This document shows, in pieces, positions 45,610 to 53,897 of a DNA stretch of 54,710 nucleotides. The notes under the pieces are model-generated. The model was given only the letters and a program-made list of their open reading frames with translations, did not search any database and was not told where the DNA came from. The number at the start of each line of letters is the position of its first letter. Within the stretch, counting starts at the first letter, position 1. Location of the stretch: positions 1-54,710 of the forward strand of contig JAYVNV010000206.1 of NCBI GenBank assembly GCA_043758265.1, read 5' to 3'. Origin of the DNA: Acidimicrobiaceae bacterium (GTDB lineage: Bacteria > Actinomycetota > Acidimicrobiia > Acidimicrobiales > RAAP-2). The position numbers and the translations under genes were made by a program.

Positions 45610-46518
45610 CTAACCCCGCGGGTGCGTGTCGTGGTGAACTTTTTGCAGGCGCGATTTTGAGACGTGGGTGTAGATTTGCGTTGTCGTGAGGCTCTCATGA
45701 CCGAGTAGTTCCTGCACGACGCGCAGGTCGGCGCCGCCCTCTAGGAGGTGGGTCGCGTAGGTGTGACGAAGCGCGTGGGGGTGGATGTGGCCCCGCGCTA
45801 CGCGACCGTCCAGGATCCGTCGTACGTCGCGTGGTCCCAGCCGGCGCCCGCGCCGGTTGAAGAACAGTGCCTCCGCTGGCGAATCATCGACCATGACCTG
45901 GTCGCGAGCGTCGTCAATCCACAAGCGGATGGACTCCAGTCCGCGCCGGTGCAGCGGGACGATTCGTTCCTTTCGGCCCTTGCCGAGGACACGAACCAGC
46001 CCCTCGGTGAAATCCACACTCGAAAGATTGAGACCGCACAGCTCGCTCACGCGCAGTCCGGCGCCGTAGAGGACCTCGCAGACGCTACGGTCGAGCGTCG
46101 CCCACGCGCCGTCGCCCCAGTCTTCATCGAGGAGGTTCTCCAACTGCTCGCGCACAACGATCTTGGGCAGGCGATGATCGGGCCGTGGCGCCGAGAGCCG
46201 CTGAGCCGGACTCTCGTCGAGGTGGCCCCGTTGCACGAGCCACGAAAAGTACCCGCGGAGCGACGCCCGTCGCCGGATAATCGACGTCCGTTCGTCGCCT
46301 CGTTCGGTCATGAAAGTGAGGTAGTCGCGCAGCACTCGAATCGTGACCTCGTCGGGCGTCGCGAGTGAGCGCTCGGCCGCCCAATGGCTGAAGGCGTCGA
46401 GGTCGGAGAGATAAGCCCTTCGAGTCGCCGTGGCTCGGTCACTGGCGCGCAGCGTCACCTCGTACTCGCGGCGAAACCACGACTCGGTCGCCCGCGCGGC
46501 GTAGCGCTGTGTTGACAC
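45610..46518 (-). CDS. xerC: Tyrosine recombinase, XerC-like
   Basis: LYGAGLRVSEL, GKGRKER, HPHALRHTYATHLL and LLGHESLTTTQIYTH; upstream of rpsB as in many actinobacteria. Confidence 0.85.
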   Translation of the reverse strand: MSTQRYAARATESWFRREYEVTLRASDRATATRRAYLSDLDAFSHWAAERSLATPDEVTIRVLRDYLTFMTERGDERTSIIRRRASLRGYFSWLVQRGHLDESPAQRLSAPRPDHRLPKIVVREQLENLLDEDWGDGAWATLDRSVCEVLYGAGLRVSELCGLNLSSVDFTEGLVRVLGKGRKERIVPLHRRGLESIRLWIDDARDQVMVDDSPAEALFFNRRGRRLGPRDVRRILDGRVARGHIHPHALRHTYATHLLEGGADLRVVQELLGHESLTTTQIYTHVSKSRLQKVHHDTHPRG

Positions 46519-46592
46519 GTCACAAGGCTAACCACGCTCCTGGCGCCACAGCACGACTCACTAGAGTTGGCCAAGGTTGTAAAGGAGACCAC

Positions 46593-47267
46593 GTGTCGCG
46601 AATCTTGATCGTGGAGGACGACGACCACATCCGCAGTGCCCTCCGACTTATGTTCGAGGGCGAGGGGTTCACCGTCGACGACGCCCCAACTGGTGAGGTG
46701 GGCATCGCACTCTTCAACCGCATGGCGCCGGACATCGCGATTGTCGACATCATGTTGCCAGGCATGTCGGGCTTCGAGACCTGTCTGTCGCTGCGCAGCG
46801 CTAGTGACCTGCCGATCGTGATTGTCTCGGCCCGCGACGACACTGCTGACGTCGTGCTCGGGCTCGAGTCGGGCGCCGACGACTACGTGACCAAGCCCTT
46901 CGTCCCCGAGGTGCTGCTGGCGCGGGTGAAAGCGCACCTCCGACGTCGACCTGAGAAGAGCGTCGGCGCCTTCAACGTCGGTGAACTGCACGTCATCCCC
47001 GACGAGGGCGTGGTGCGTAACACCGACGGCACCGAACTGCACCTCACCTCGACCGAGTTCCGGCTCCTCACCGACCTCGCCTCCAACAACGGCAAGGCGC
47101 TCTCGCGCGAGGACCTGCTCGAACGGGTGTGGGGCTACGACTACTTCGGCGACAGTCGACTGGTCGACGTGCATATCCGACGCCTGCGCATGAAGATCGA
47201 GCCCGACCCGGCCAATCCCCTTTTTCTCGTGACGGTACGAGGCACCGGATACAAGCTGGTCCTCTAG
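46593..47267 (+). CDS. OmpR-family response regulator (MtrA/AfsQ1/CseB-like)
   Basis: IVEDD, DIMLPG, GADDYVTKPF and VWGYDYFGDSRLVDVHIRRLR; GTG at 46593 after AAAGGAG. Confidence 0.92.
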   Translation: MSRILIVEDDDHIRSALRLMFEGEGFTVDDAPTGEVGIALFNRMAPDIAIVDIMLPGMSGFETCLSLRSASDLPIVIVSARDDTADVVLGLESGADDYVTKPFVPEVLLARVKAHLRRRPEKSVGAFNVGELHVIPDEGVVRNTDGTELHLTSTEFRLLTDLASNNGKALSREDLLERVWGYDYFGDSRLVDVHIRRLRMKIEPDPANPLFLVTVRGTGYKLVL

Positions 47268-48658
47268 TGCGGCAACGCAGTCTGCGACTTCGACTACTCG
47301 TTACCTTCGGTCTGGGTGCCCTCCTGCTCAGTTCGCTCTTCGCCTCGCTCACGTACCTCGGCGTGCAACGCATCCTGATCTCCAACCAGCAGCAAACCGA
47401 CCTTCGTCAGTCCTACGTGAACGCAGCGCTGGTGCGCAGCACGCTCTACACCTCGCCCCCGGAACTAGCCAACCTCTTGAACTCGATCCAAAAGGCAACC
47501 GCGTCGAACGTTCTCGTCCAGACGCACCACCAGTGGCTCGCGCGCAGCAGTATCGCCGCGACCAAGGACGTCTCGGCCCAGACGATCTCCTTCGTCAATC
47601 AAGGACGCGCGACCGAGCAGACGCGTAGCGTCAACGGCCGCATCGTCTTCGTCGTCGGCGTGCCGATACCGGCAGTCGAAACCCAGTTCTTCGAGGTATT
47701 CCAACTCGACACCTTGGAGCGCACGCTGCACAACCTGCTGCTGGTCCTCGGACTCGGGGCGCTGCTGACGGCGCTGGTTGGCATGAGTGGTGGCCTGTGG
47801 GTGACGCGTCGCACGGTGCGACCGCTCGAGGAGGTCTCGTTCGCGGCGGCGCTGATCGCCAACGGGGCATTGACGACCCGGCTGCTCGTAAACCGTGCCG
47901 ACCGCGAGGTCCAGCAGTTGACCGAGTCGTTTAATCAAATGGTGAGCCAACTCGTCCAACGACTCGAGCGCGACGCACGCTTCGCGAGCGACGTCAGCCA
48001 CGAACTGCGATCGCCCCTCACGACGCTCGCGACCACGGCCTCAGTCCTCCAGCAACATCGCGACGACCTGTCGCCAGCCGGCCAGGAGAGCCTCGACCTT
48101 TTACTCGCCGACTTGTCGATCTTTCAGTCACTCGTGGAGGACCTGCTCGAGATGGCTCGCAGTGACGCCGGCGCCGTTCCACTGGTGATGGAGACGGTCT
48201 CGGCGATCGAACTGGTGCGCCAATCAGTGCGATCGGCGGCGGTTCGACACAGCCTCGACGAGCCGATGGTCGAGGTCGCACCCGAGGTGGGTGACCCACT
48301 CGTGAACGTCGACCGGCGCCGCTTCGAACGGGTGATGACGAACTTGATCGACAACGCGCACCGCTACGCCGGGGGCGTTGTCGCGGTGCGCATCGCTCTC
48401 GAGGGCACCCAACTGGCGATCAACGTCGACGACGCTGGCCCCGGTATTGCGCTCGAGGAGCACGAACAGGTCTTCGAGCGATTCTTTCGCGGTCGCGCCG
48501 CTCACGACCGGGGCATGGCGCGAGGCACCGGACTCGGTCTCGCGCTCGTGCGCGACCACGTCAAGGCCTTTGGCGGTTCGATTTTCGTGAGCGCAAGCCC
48601 CGACGGCGGCGCTCGCTTCCAGATATTGTTGCCGTTCGTCGAAGGAGAGAACTCATGA
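47267..48658 (+). CDS. HAMP-domain sensor histidine kinase
   Basis: Two TMs, HAMP, FASDVSHELRSPL, NLIDNA, DDAGPGI and GTGLGL; GTG overlaps the regulator stop. Confidence 0.92.
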   Translation: MRQRSLRLRLLVTFGLGALLLSSLFASLTYLGVQRILISNQQQTDLRQSYVNAALVRSTLYTSPPELANLLNSIQKATASNVLVQTHHQWLARSSIAATKDVSAQTISFVNQGRATEQTRSVNGRIVFVVGVPIPAVETQFFEVFQLDTLERTLHNLLLVLGLGALLTALVGMSGGLWVTRRTVRPLEEVSFAAALIANGALTTRLLVNRADREVQQLTESFNQMVSQLVQRLERDARFASDVSHELRSPLTTLATTASVLQQHRDDLSPAGQESLDLLLADLSIFQSLVEDLLEMARSDAGAVPLVMETVSAIELVRQSVRSAAVRHSLDEPMVEVAPEVGDPLVNVDRRRFERVMTNLIDNAHRYAGGVVAVRIALEGTQLAINVDDAGPGIALEEHEQVFERFFRGRAAHDRGMARGTGLGLALVRDHVKAFGGSIFVSASPDGGARFQILLPFVEGENS

Positions 48659-49230
48659 GTCGGGTGCGCGGGCTGACTGGGTTGGTGCTCGGGGCGCTCC
48701 TCCTCAGTGGCTGCTCGCTCGTGCCCACTACCAACGCCCCCCAACGGATCGCACCACCGAAGGCATTTGGTCTATTGAACCCAACGATTCCCGGTACGAA
48801 CAACGGCCGGGTCCGGTTCATCACGCAGCCCATTTACATCATCGACGTGTCGGGGGACCTCGCGCCCTTGAGCCGGATCGTCCCCGCGCCGCCAGTTCTC
48901 GCAACGGTACTGCGTCAACTCATCAACGGACCGACGCGGATTGAACGGTTCGCCGGCTACACCTCAGCGCTGCCCAAGAGCATGGTCTTGCTGTCGGCCA
49001 GCATCAAGAGCGATATTGGCTACATCGACTTGGCCACGCCCCTCACGACGATGGCGCCACGCCTGGCGAGACTGGCCGTGGGTCAGTTAGTCCTCACCGC
49101 CCACGACGCCGGCGCGGCGCGCGGTATCGAGATCACCGTGGCGGGCGTCGCTCAGCGCTCACCCTTGCCCGACGGCAGGAAAGTGTTGATCGTGGAGCCG
49201 TCCGATTTCTCACGACTTGTGAACGGCTAG
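48655..49230 (+). CDS. GerMN-domain lipoprotein (short LpqB-like accessory)
   Basis: Lipobox LLSGC; LINGPT..E...GYTSALP and AVGQLVLT patterns; ATGA coupling to the kinase. Confidence 0.75.
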   Translation: MSRVRGLTGLVLGALLLSGCSLVPTTNAPQRIAPPKAFGLLNPTIPGTNNGRVRFITQPIYIIDVSGDLAPLSRIVPAPPVLATVLRQLINGPTRIERFAGYTSALPKSMVLLSASIKSDIGYIDLATPLTTMAPRLARLAVGQLVLTAHDAGAARGIEITVAGVAQRSPLPDGRKVLIVEPSDFSRLVNG

Positions 49231-49613
49231 GCGATCGTCGCGGGGCGGACGGCCGGCGCCGCGTTCCAGAGGTGCTCGAGGTCGTAGTACTCACGCGCCG
49301 CCTCGTCGAAGACGTGCACGATGACGTCGCCGTAGTCGAGCGCGATCCACTCGGCGCCCACCCAGCCTTCCACGCGGATTGGCTTTACGTCGAGCGCCAG
49401 CTCGACCAGTCGCTCAACCTCCTCGGCGATGGCGCGGACCTGACGGTCGTTTCGACCGGAGGCGACAATGAGTGCGTCGAAGGAGTCAACCAGCTCGCGC
49501 AGGTCGAGGACGACGGTGTCGCGACTCAACTTGTCCTCGGCGGCCATGACGGCGGCGTTGATGAGGGCGACTACGTAACTCGAATACGGGCCGCGAGTCG
49601 TCTCGGCGTTCAC
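49227..49613 (-). CDS. rsfS: Ribosome silencing factor
   Basis: SGRNDRQVRAIAEEV, WIALDYGDVIVHVF and REYYDLEHLW. Confidence 0.93.
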   Translation of the reverse strand: MNAETTRGPYSSYVVALINAAVMAAEDKLSRDTVVLDLRELVDSFDALIVASGRNDRQVRAIAEEVERLVELALDVKPIRVEGWVGAEWIALDYGDVIVHVFDEAAREYYDLEHLWNAAPAVRPATIA

Positions 49614-49621
49614 GAGGTCAC

Positions 49622-49801
49622 TCAGTGGGCCACTCCGAGCGCGATGAGGGCGGCGGTGAAGGGAACGGCGAGCGACAACACGCCGATAATTGCGTATCGA
49701 TGCTTTAACCGGCGCAACTCCCTGCGTCTCAGCGGCGCCGCCTCCAAACCACGCAGTCGCGGTGACTGAGGTTCGGTTGCGTCAAAGAGTCGAACTGCCA
49801 T
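49622..49801 (-). CDS. Small hypothetical protein with one C-terminal TM helix
   Basis: Fills the nadD-rsfS gap; Arg-rich stretch then YAIIGVLSLAVPFTAALIALGV; start ATG 49801 or 49807. Confidence 0.6.
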   Translation of the reverse strand: MAVRLFDATEPQSPRLRGLEAAPLRRRELRRLKHRYAIIGVLSLAVPFTAALIALGVAH

Positions 49802-49811
49802 TGCCATGACT

Positions 49812-50381
49812 TTAGCCCGGGTCGCCCCGGTAGAGGGGAATAACGGACTCGGGCAGCAACAATCTGAGGTTGGCCATCGATGGCTCGACGTGACGGATGC
49901 TCGAACTCGAAAGATCTACTGGTTCCATGGGGATGACGTAACCCTCCCAGCCATCAGGGACAATCGTCACCGCGCCGGGTCGGGGCACGACGCCCACGCG
50001 CACCAGTGATCGCAACGTCTGTGCCTCGTGCCAGCCGTCCAACTGGTCGACCAGGTCGGCGCCGATTATGAGGTCCACCTCGCTCGCCTCCTCCAGGAGT
50101 TCGCGCACCGTATCCACGGTGTACGACGGACCGTCACGGAGAATCTCGCGATCAGAGACGTGGACCAAGGCGAGCTGGTCGAAGGCGGCGCGGGCCATCG
50201 CGAGGCGAAGCTCGGCCGGTCGTAGTGGGGTCTCGGTCCCCTTCTGGTACGGGTCGCCGGCGACGGTGACCTTGATGACGTCGTAGCGACCGGTCGATGC
50301 CGCCGCACGCACGGCCGCGACGTGGCCGAAGTGGGGTGGGTCGAAGGTCCCACCGAAGAGACCGAGGCGCCGAACTTTCAC
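49812..50381 (-). CDS. nadD: Nicotinate-nucleotide adenylyltransferase
   Basis: FGGTFDPPHFGH, GPSYTVDT, IIGAD..WH and SSSSIR. Confidence 0.94.
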   Translation of the reverse strand: MKVRRLGLFGGTFDPPHFGHVAAVRAAASTGRYDVIKVTVAGDPYQKGTETPLRPAELRLAMARAAFDQLALVHVSDREILRDGPSYTVDTVRELLEEASEVDLIIGADLVDQLDGWHEAQTLRSLVRVGVVPRPGAVTIVPDGWEGYVIPMEPVDLSSSSIRHVEPSMANLRLLLPESVIPLYRGDPG

Positions 50382-50437
50382 GCCCCGACACTAGAGCGCG
50401 AGCGTGGTGCACTGGGTCGGTCCTTTAGGATTGTGCC

Positions 50438-51820
50438 ATGACGGTCTCCCCCAACGACTGGACGTCGAGTTCGTGGCGATCGCGTGACGCGGCTCAGAGC
50501 CCGAGGTGGCCCGACCTCGCTCACCTCGCGCGCGTCGAGGCCGCGTTGACCCAAAAGCCGCCACTCGTGTTCGCCGGAGAGGCGCGCCGCCTCCAAGAGC
50601 ACCTCGACCTGGTCGCCAATGGGAAGGCCTTTCTGCTCCAGGCCGGTGACTGCGCCGAGTCCTTCAATGAGGGCTCGGCCGACGCCATCCGAGACAAGTT
50701 GAAGGTCATCTTGCAGATGGCCGTCGCCCTGACCTACGCCGCTGGCGTTCCGGTCATCAAGGTGGGCCGCATCGCCGGCCAGTTCGCCAAGCCCCGCTCC
50801 GACGCCCTCGAGGAAAGAGATGGCGTCACGCTCGACGCCTTCCGTGGTCACATCGTGAACGGCGAGGAGTTTGAGGCCGAGGCCCGTCGTGCGAACCCCG
50901 ATCGCATGCTCGCGGCTTACCACCAGAGCGTCGCGACACTCAACCTCTTGCGCGCCTTCACGACCGGCGGCTTCGCTGCGCTCTCGCGCGTGCACGCGTG
51001 GAACCAGGAGTTCGTCGCGAACTCCCTCGAGGGCAAGCGCTACGAGGTCGTGGCCGACGAAATTGAACGAGCACTGCAGTTCATGAAGGCCTGTGGCATC
51101 GACCTGCACGACGACGGCGCCCTACAGGGCGTTGACTTCTACACGAGCCACGAAGCGCTAATCCTCCCCTACGAACAGGCCCTCACCCGTCAAGACTCAC
51201 TCACCGGTGACTGGTATGACTGCTCGGCTCACATGCTCTGGATCGGCGACCGCACGCGCCAACTCGACGGCGCGCACGTTGAGTTCCTGCGCGGCGTTGC
51301 CAATCCCCTTGGTCTAAAAGTTGGACCGACGATGGGCGTCGACGAGCTTCTTCGCCTGGTCGACACCCTGAACCCCTCCAACGTCGCGGGCCGTCTGACG
51401 CTGATCGCGCGCATGGGTGACGCCCTCGTCGAAGAGAAGCTGCCCCCGCTGATCGAACTGTTGCGCCGAGAGGGCCGAACCGTCGTGTGGGCCTGTGACC
51501 CAATGCACGGCAACACCTTCGTCGCCTCGGGCGGTCAAAAGACGCGCCACTTCGACGACGTGCTCTCCGAGACCTCAAAGTTTTTCGAGCTCCATTCCAC
51601 GCTCGGTACCTGGCCCGGCGGCCTGCACGTCGAACTGACTGGCGACAACGTCACCGAGTGCCTCGGCGGGGGCTCGCGCCTCGACGAAGGTGACCTCGAT
51701 CTGAACTACACCTCGATCTGTGACCCGCGGCTCAACGCGACCCAGAGCCTCGACATGGCCTTTCACGTCGCGGAGTTTCTGCAGCGCTACTCCACCGGTA
51801 ACGGCGCGCGATCGTTGTAG
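50438..51820 (+). CDS. Class II DAHP synthase
   Basis: PPLVFAGE, GDCAESF, GRIAGQFAKPRS, WIGDRTRQ, CDPMHGNT and CDPRLN. Confidence 0.95.
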   Translation: MTVSPNDWTSSSWRSRDAAQSPRWPDLAHLARVEAALTQKPPLVFAGEARRLQEHLDLVANGKAFLLQAGDCAESFNEGSADAIRDKLKVILQMAVALTYAAGVPVIKVGRIAGQFAKPRSDALEERDGVTLDAFRGHIVNGEEFEAEARRANPDRMLAAYHQSVATLNLLRAFTTGGFAALSRVHAWNQEFVANSLEGKRYEVVADEIERALQFMKACGIDLHDDGALQGVDFYTSHEALILPYEQALTRQDSLTGDWYDCSAHMLWIGDRTRQLDGAHVEFLRGVANPLGLKVGPTMGVDELLRLVDTLNPSNVAGRLTLIARMGDALVEEKLPPLIELLRREGRTVVWACDPMHGNTFVASGGQKTRHFDDVLSETSKFFELHSTLGTWPGGLHVELTGDNVTECLGGGSRLDEGDLDLNYTSICDPRLNATQSLDMAFHVAEFLQRYSTGNGARSL

Positions 51821-52470
51821 CGAAGGAGTCGGATCCACGACTCGCGGAACTCGATCTCGGTCATCGAACAGTTCTCGATCCTGGGCAGTAGCCGCGAGGC
51901 ACCGTCGAGACCCTGGTAGATCTTCATCGCCTGCTCGATGAAACCGCCGTGCACGACGAGGACAATCAACTCGTTGGGGTGCTGGGCCACCAACCGTTCT
52001 ATCGCTGCCTTGCAGCGGGCGTAAAAGTCGAGCAGTGACTCTCCCCCGGGCGCGGTAATCGCCTCGGGGTGCAGGTCCCAGTCGGGCGCGCCGTAGCGCT
52101 CGACGTAGGTGGCCCACGCGAGGCCGTCACCCTCGCCCACGTCGATCTCGCAGAGGTCCTCGTCACGAACCGGTTCGAGCGAAGGGAAGGCCCGACGAAC
52201 GATCTCGCCGGTCTGGATCGCGCGCGGCAACGTGGACGTGTAGAACGCGCTCGCCCCGACGATCTCTTCGCTCGAGACCAACCGCTGGCACAGAGCCGTC
52301 GCCTGACGACGACCGAGCTCCGTCAGTCCCCCGTCACCGATTGGTCCGCCAGCGACGCCGTTGGCGTTGGCGTAGCTCTCTCCGTGACGGATCATCAAGA
52401 GCCGCGTCCCAGAGGGTTTGGGGCCGCGTTGGCGAAAGCCGACGGGTGGGAGGCGCTGGTCTTCGCTCAC
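51787..52470 (-). CDS. Histidine phosphatase superfamily protein (PGM-like)
   Basis: RHGES, LTELGRRQA, TSTLPRAIQT, PGGES and VVHGG; GTG overlaps the VWA gene stop. Confidence 0.88.
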   Translation of the reverse strand: MSEDQRLPPVGFRQRGPKPSGTRLLMIRHGESYANANGVAGGPIGDGGLTELGRRQATALCQRLVSSEEIVGASAFYTSTLPRAIQTGEIVRRAFPSLEPVRDEDLCEIDVGEGDGLAWATYVERYGAPDWDLHPEAITAPGGESLLDFYARCKAAIERLVAQHPNELIVLVVHGGFIEQAMKIYQGLDGASRLLPRIENCSMTEIEFRESWIRLLRYNDRAPLPVE

Positions 52471-53897
52471 GAGAGTTCCCCGACGAAGGCCTCGAGTTGG
52501 CGCAGCGTGCGGCACTCGATGACGCGCTCACAGAACGGCGCGTACTCGCTCACAATCGAGTCGCCGCTGTTCCAGTAGGCGCTCGGCTCGGGGTTGAGCC
52601 AGTAGACCGCCTTCGCGCGGCACTGCAGATCGGCGATTACCTCGGCGTGAGCCTGGTGGTAGTTGTTGCGCGCGTCGCCGAGGATTAGCACCGTCGAGCG
52701 TCGCGTGACGTCCTTCGCGAAGCGTTCGTGGAAGGTGAGGAGTGCCCGACCGTAGTCCGAGTGGCCGTCGAAGGCAATGACGTCGGCCTCCGCGTTTATT
52801 CGAGCGACTGCCTCGGCCGGGTCGTCGGCGTGGTCAAAGAGCGCCGTCACTTCGTCGAGTCCGTCGACGAAGACGAAGCTGCGCACCTTGGAGAACTGGG
52901 AGCTGATCGCGTGCACCAGGTGCAAGGTGAAGCGCGCGAACGACGCGACCGATCCCGAGATGTCAGCGATCACGAAGATCTCGGGCTTGGCCGGGTGCGG
53001 CGGCTTGAAGCGCAGGTCGATCGGGACACCGCCCGTCGAGAGGCTGCGGCGAACCGTGTGGCGAAGATCGACCGGACCGCGTCGGCGTCGGCGGCGTCGA
53101 CGGGCCAGACGGACCGCTAATTTGCGGCTGAGGGGACGCAACGCGCGCTCGAGTTGGGCCATCTCGTCACGGTTGGCGTGCATGACGTCGAGGTCCTCGG
53201 GCAGCGGCTTGCGCACCGACTTCGCCAGCGCCTCGGCGCCGCGGTCTTCGACGAGCCGTTCGCGGATGACTCGTTCGATTTCGGACTGTAACTGGTCGAT
53301 GCGTGCTCGGGCCTCCTCGTGCGCCAAACGCTGGGCCAGTTGGTCGTTGCGTTCGACGTCGCCCAATGTCAGACGGCGTTCGAGCGCCTCGAGGTCGAGG
53401 TTTCGCAAGGTCCGGTAGAGGTAGTAGGTGCCGCCGACCGGACGGCCCGGTTCCATACCGGCGTAACGTGTGACCGATTCGTCGGCCGCGAATCGCAGCG
53501 CCTCGCGGTCGCCGTCACGCAAGGCGCGAAAGAGCAACTCAGCTAGTTCTTGTGCGCTGAGGGAGGATGACCCTGCGCCGCCCTCCCCGCGCGACCGGCC
53601 GGGCCCCGACGCTGCGGCGGCTGCGTCGCGCTCAAGCTCGCCGTCGAGGTTCGCGTCCATGAACTGTGACGCCTTGTCCCACGAGCGCGTCGAGAAGTAG
53701 ACCTCGAAGGCGGTGTTGAAGACCGCCAGGTGGTCACCGTCCTTAACGAGGGTTGCCGCCAGCGAACTCTTCACCATGCCTCGGTCACTGAGATCGATGA
53801 CCTCCATGGCCTTGGCCGCGTCGACGTGTTCGCTCATAGAGACCGGGATACCGGCGGAGCGCAGTTCGCCAATGAAGTCGCCGAGGAGATTAAGCAA
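52467..53897 (-). CDS. CoxE-like VWA domain protein
   Basis: FIGELRSAGIPVS, VDLRHTVRRSL, MIDAS DISGS, GDARNN and WLNPEP. Confidence 0.88.
   Translation of the reverse strand: MLNLLGDFIGELRSAGIPVSMSEHVDAAKAMEVIDLSDRGMVKSSLAATLVKDGDHLAVFNTAFEVYFSTRSWDKASQFMDANLDGELERDAAAAASGPGRSRGEGGAGSSSLSAQELAELLFRALRDGDREALRFAADESVTRYAGMEPGRPVGGTYYLYRTLRNLDLEALERRLTLGDVERNDQLAQRLAHEEARARIDQLQSEIERVIRERLVEDRGAEALAKSVRKPLPEDLDVMHANRDEMAQLERALRPLSRKLAVRLARRRRRRRRGPVDLRHTVRRSLSTGGVPIDLRFKPPHPAKPEIFVIADISGSVASFARFTLHLVHAISSQFSKVRSFVFVDGLDEVTALFDHADDPAEAVARINAEADVIAFDGHSDYGRALLTFHERFAKDVTRRSTVLILGDARNNYHQAHAEVIADLQCRAKAVYWLNPEPSAYWNSGDSIVSEYAPFCERVIECRTLRQLEAFVGELS

Noticed and set aside
45610-46518. Tyrosine recombinase as a phage or island integrase
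   Set aside because: XerC-like size, motifs and position upstream of rpsB; no att repeats, tRNA or cargo genes
46520-46535. AGGCTAACC resembles the centre of a DtxR/IdeR operator
   Set aside because: Flanks do not match the 19-bp palindrome; it coincides with the xerC -10
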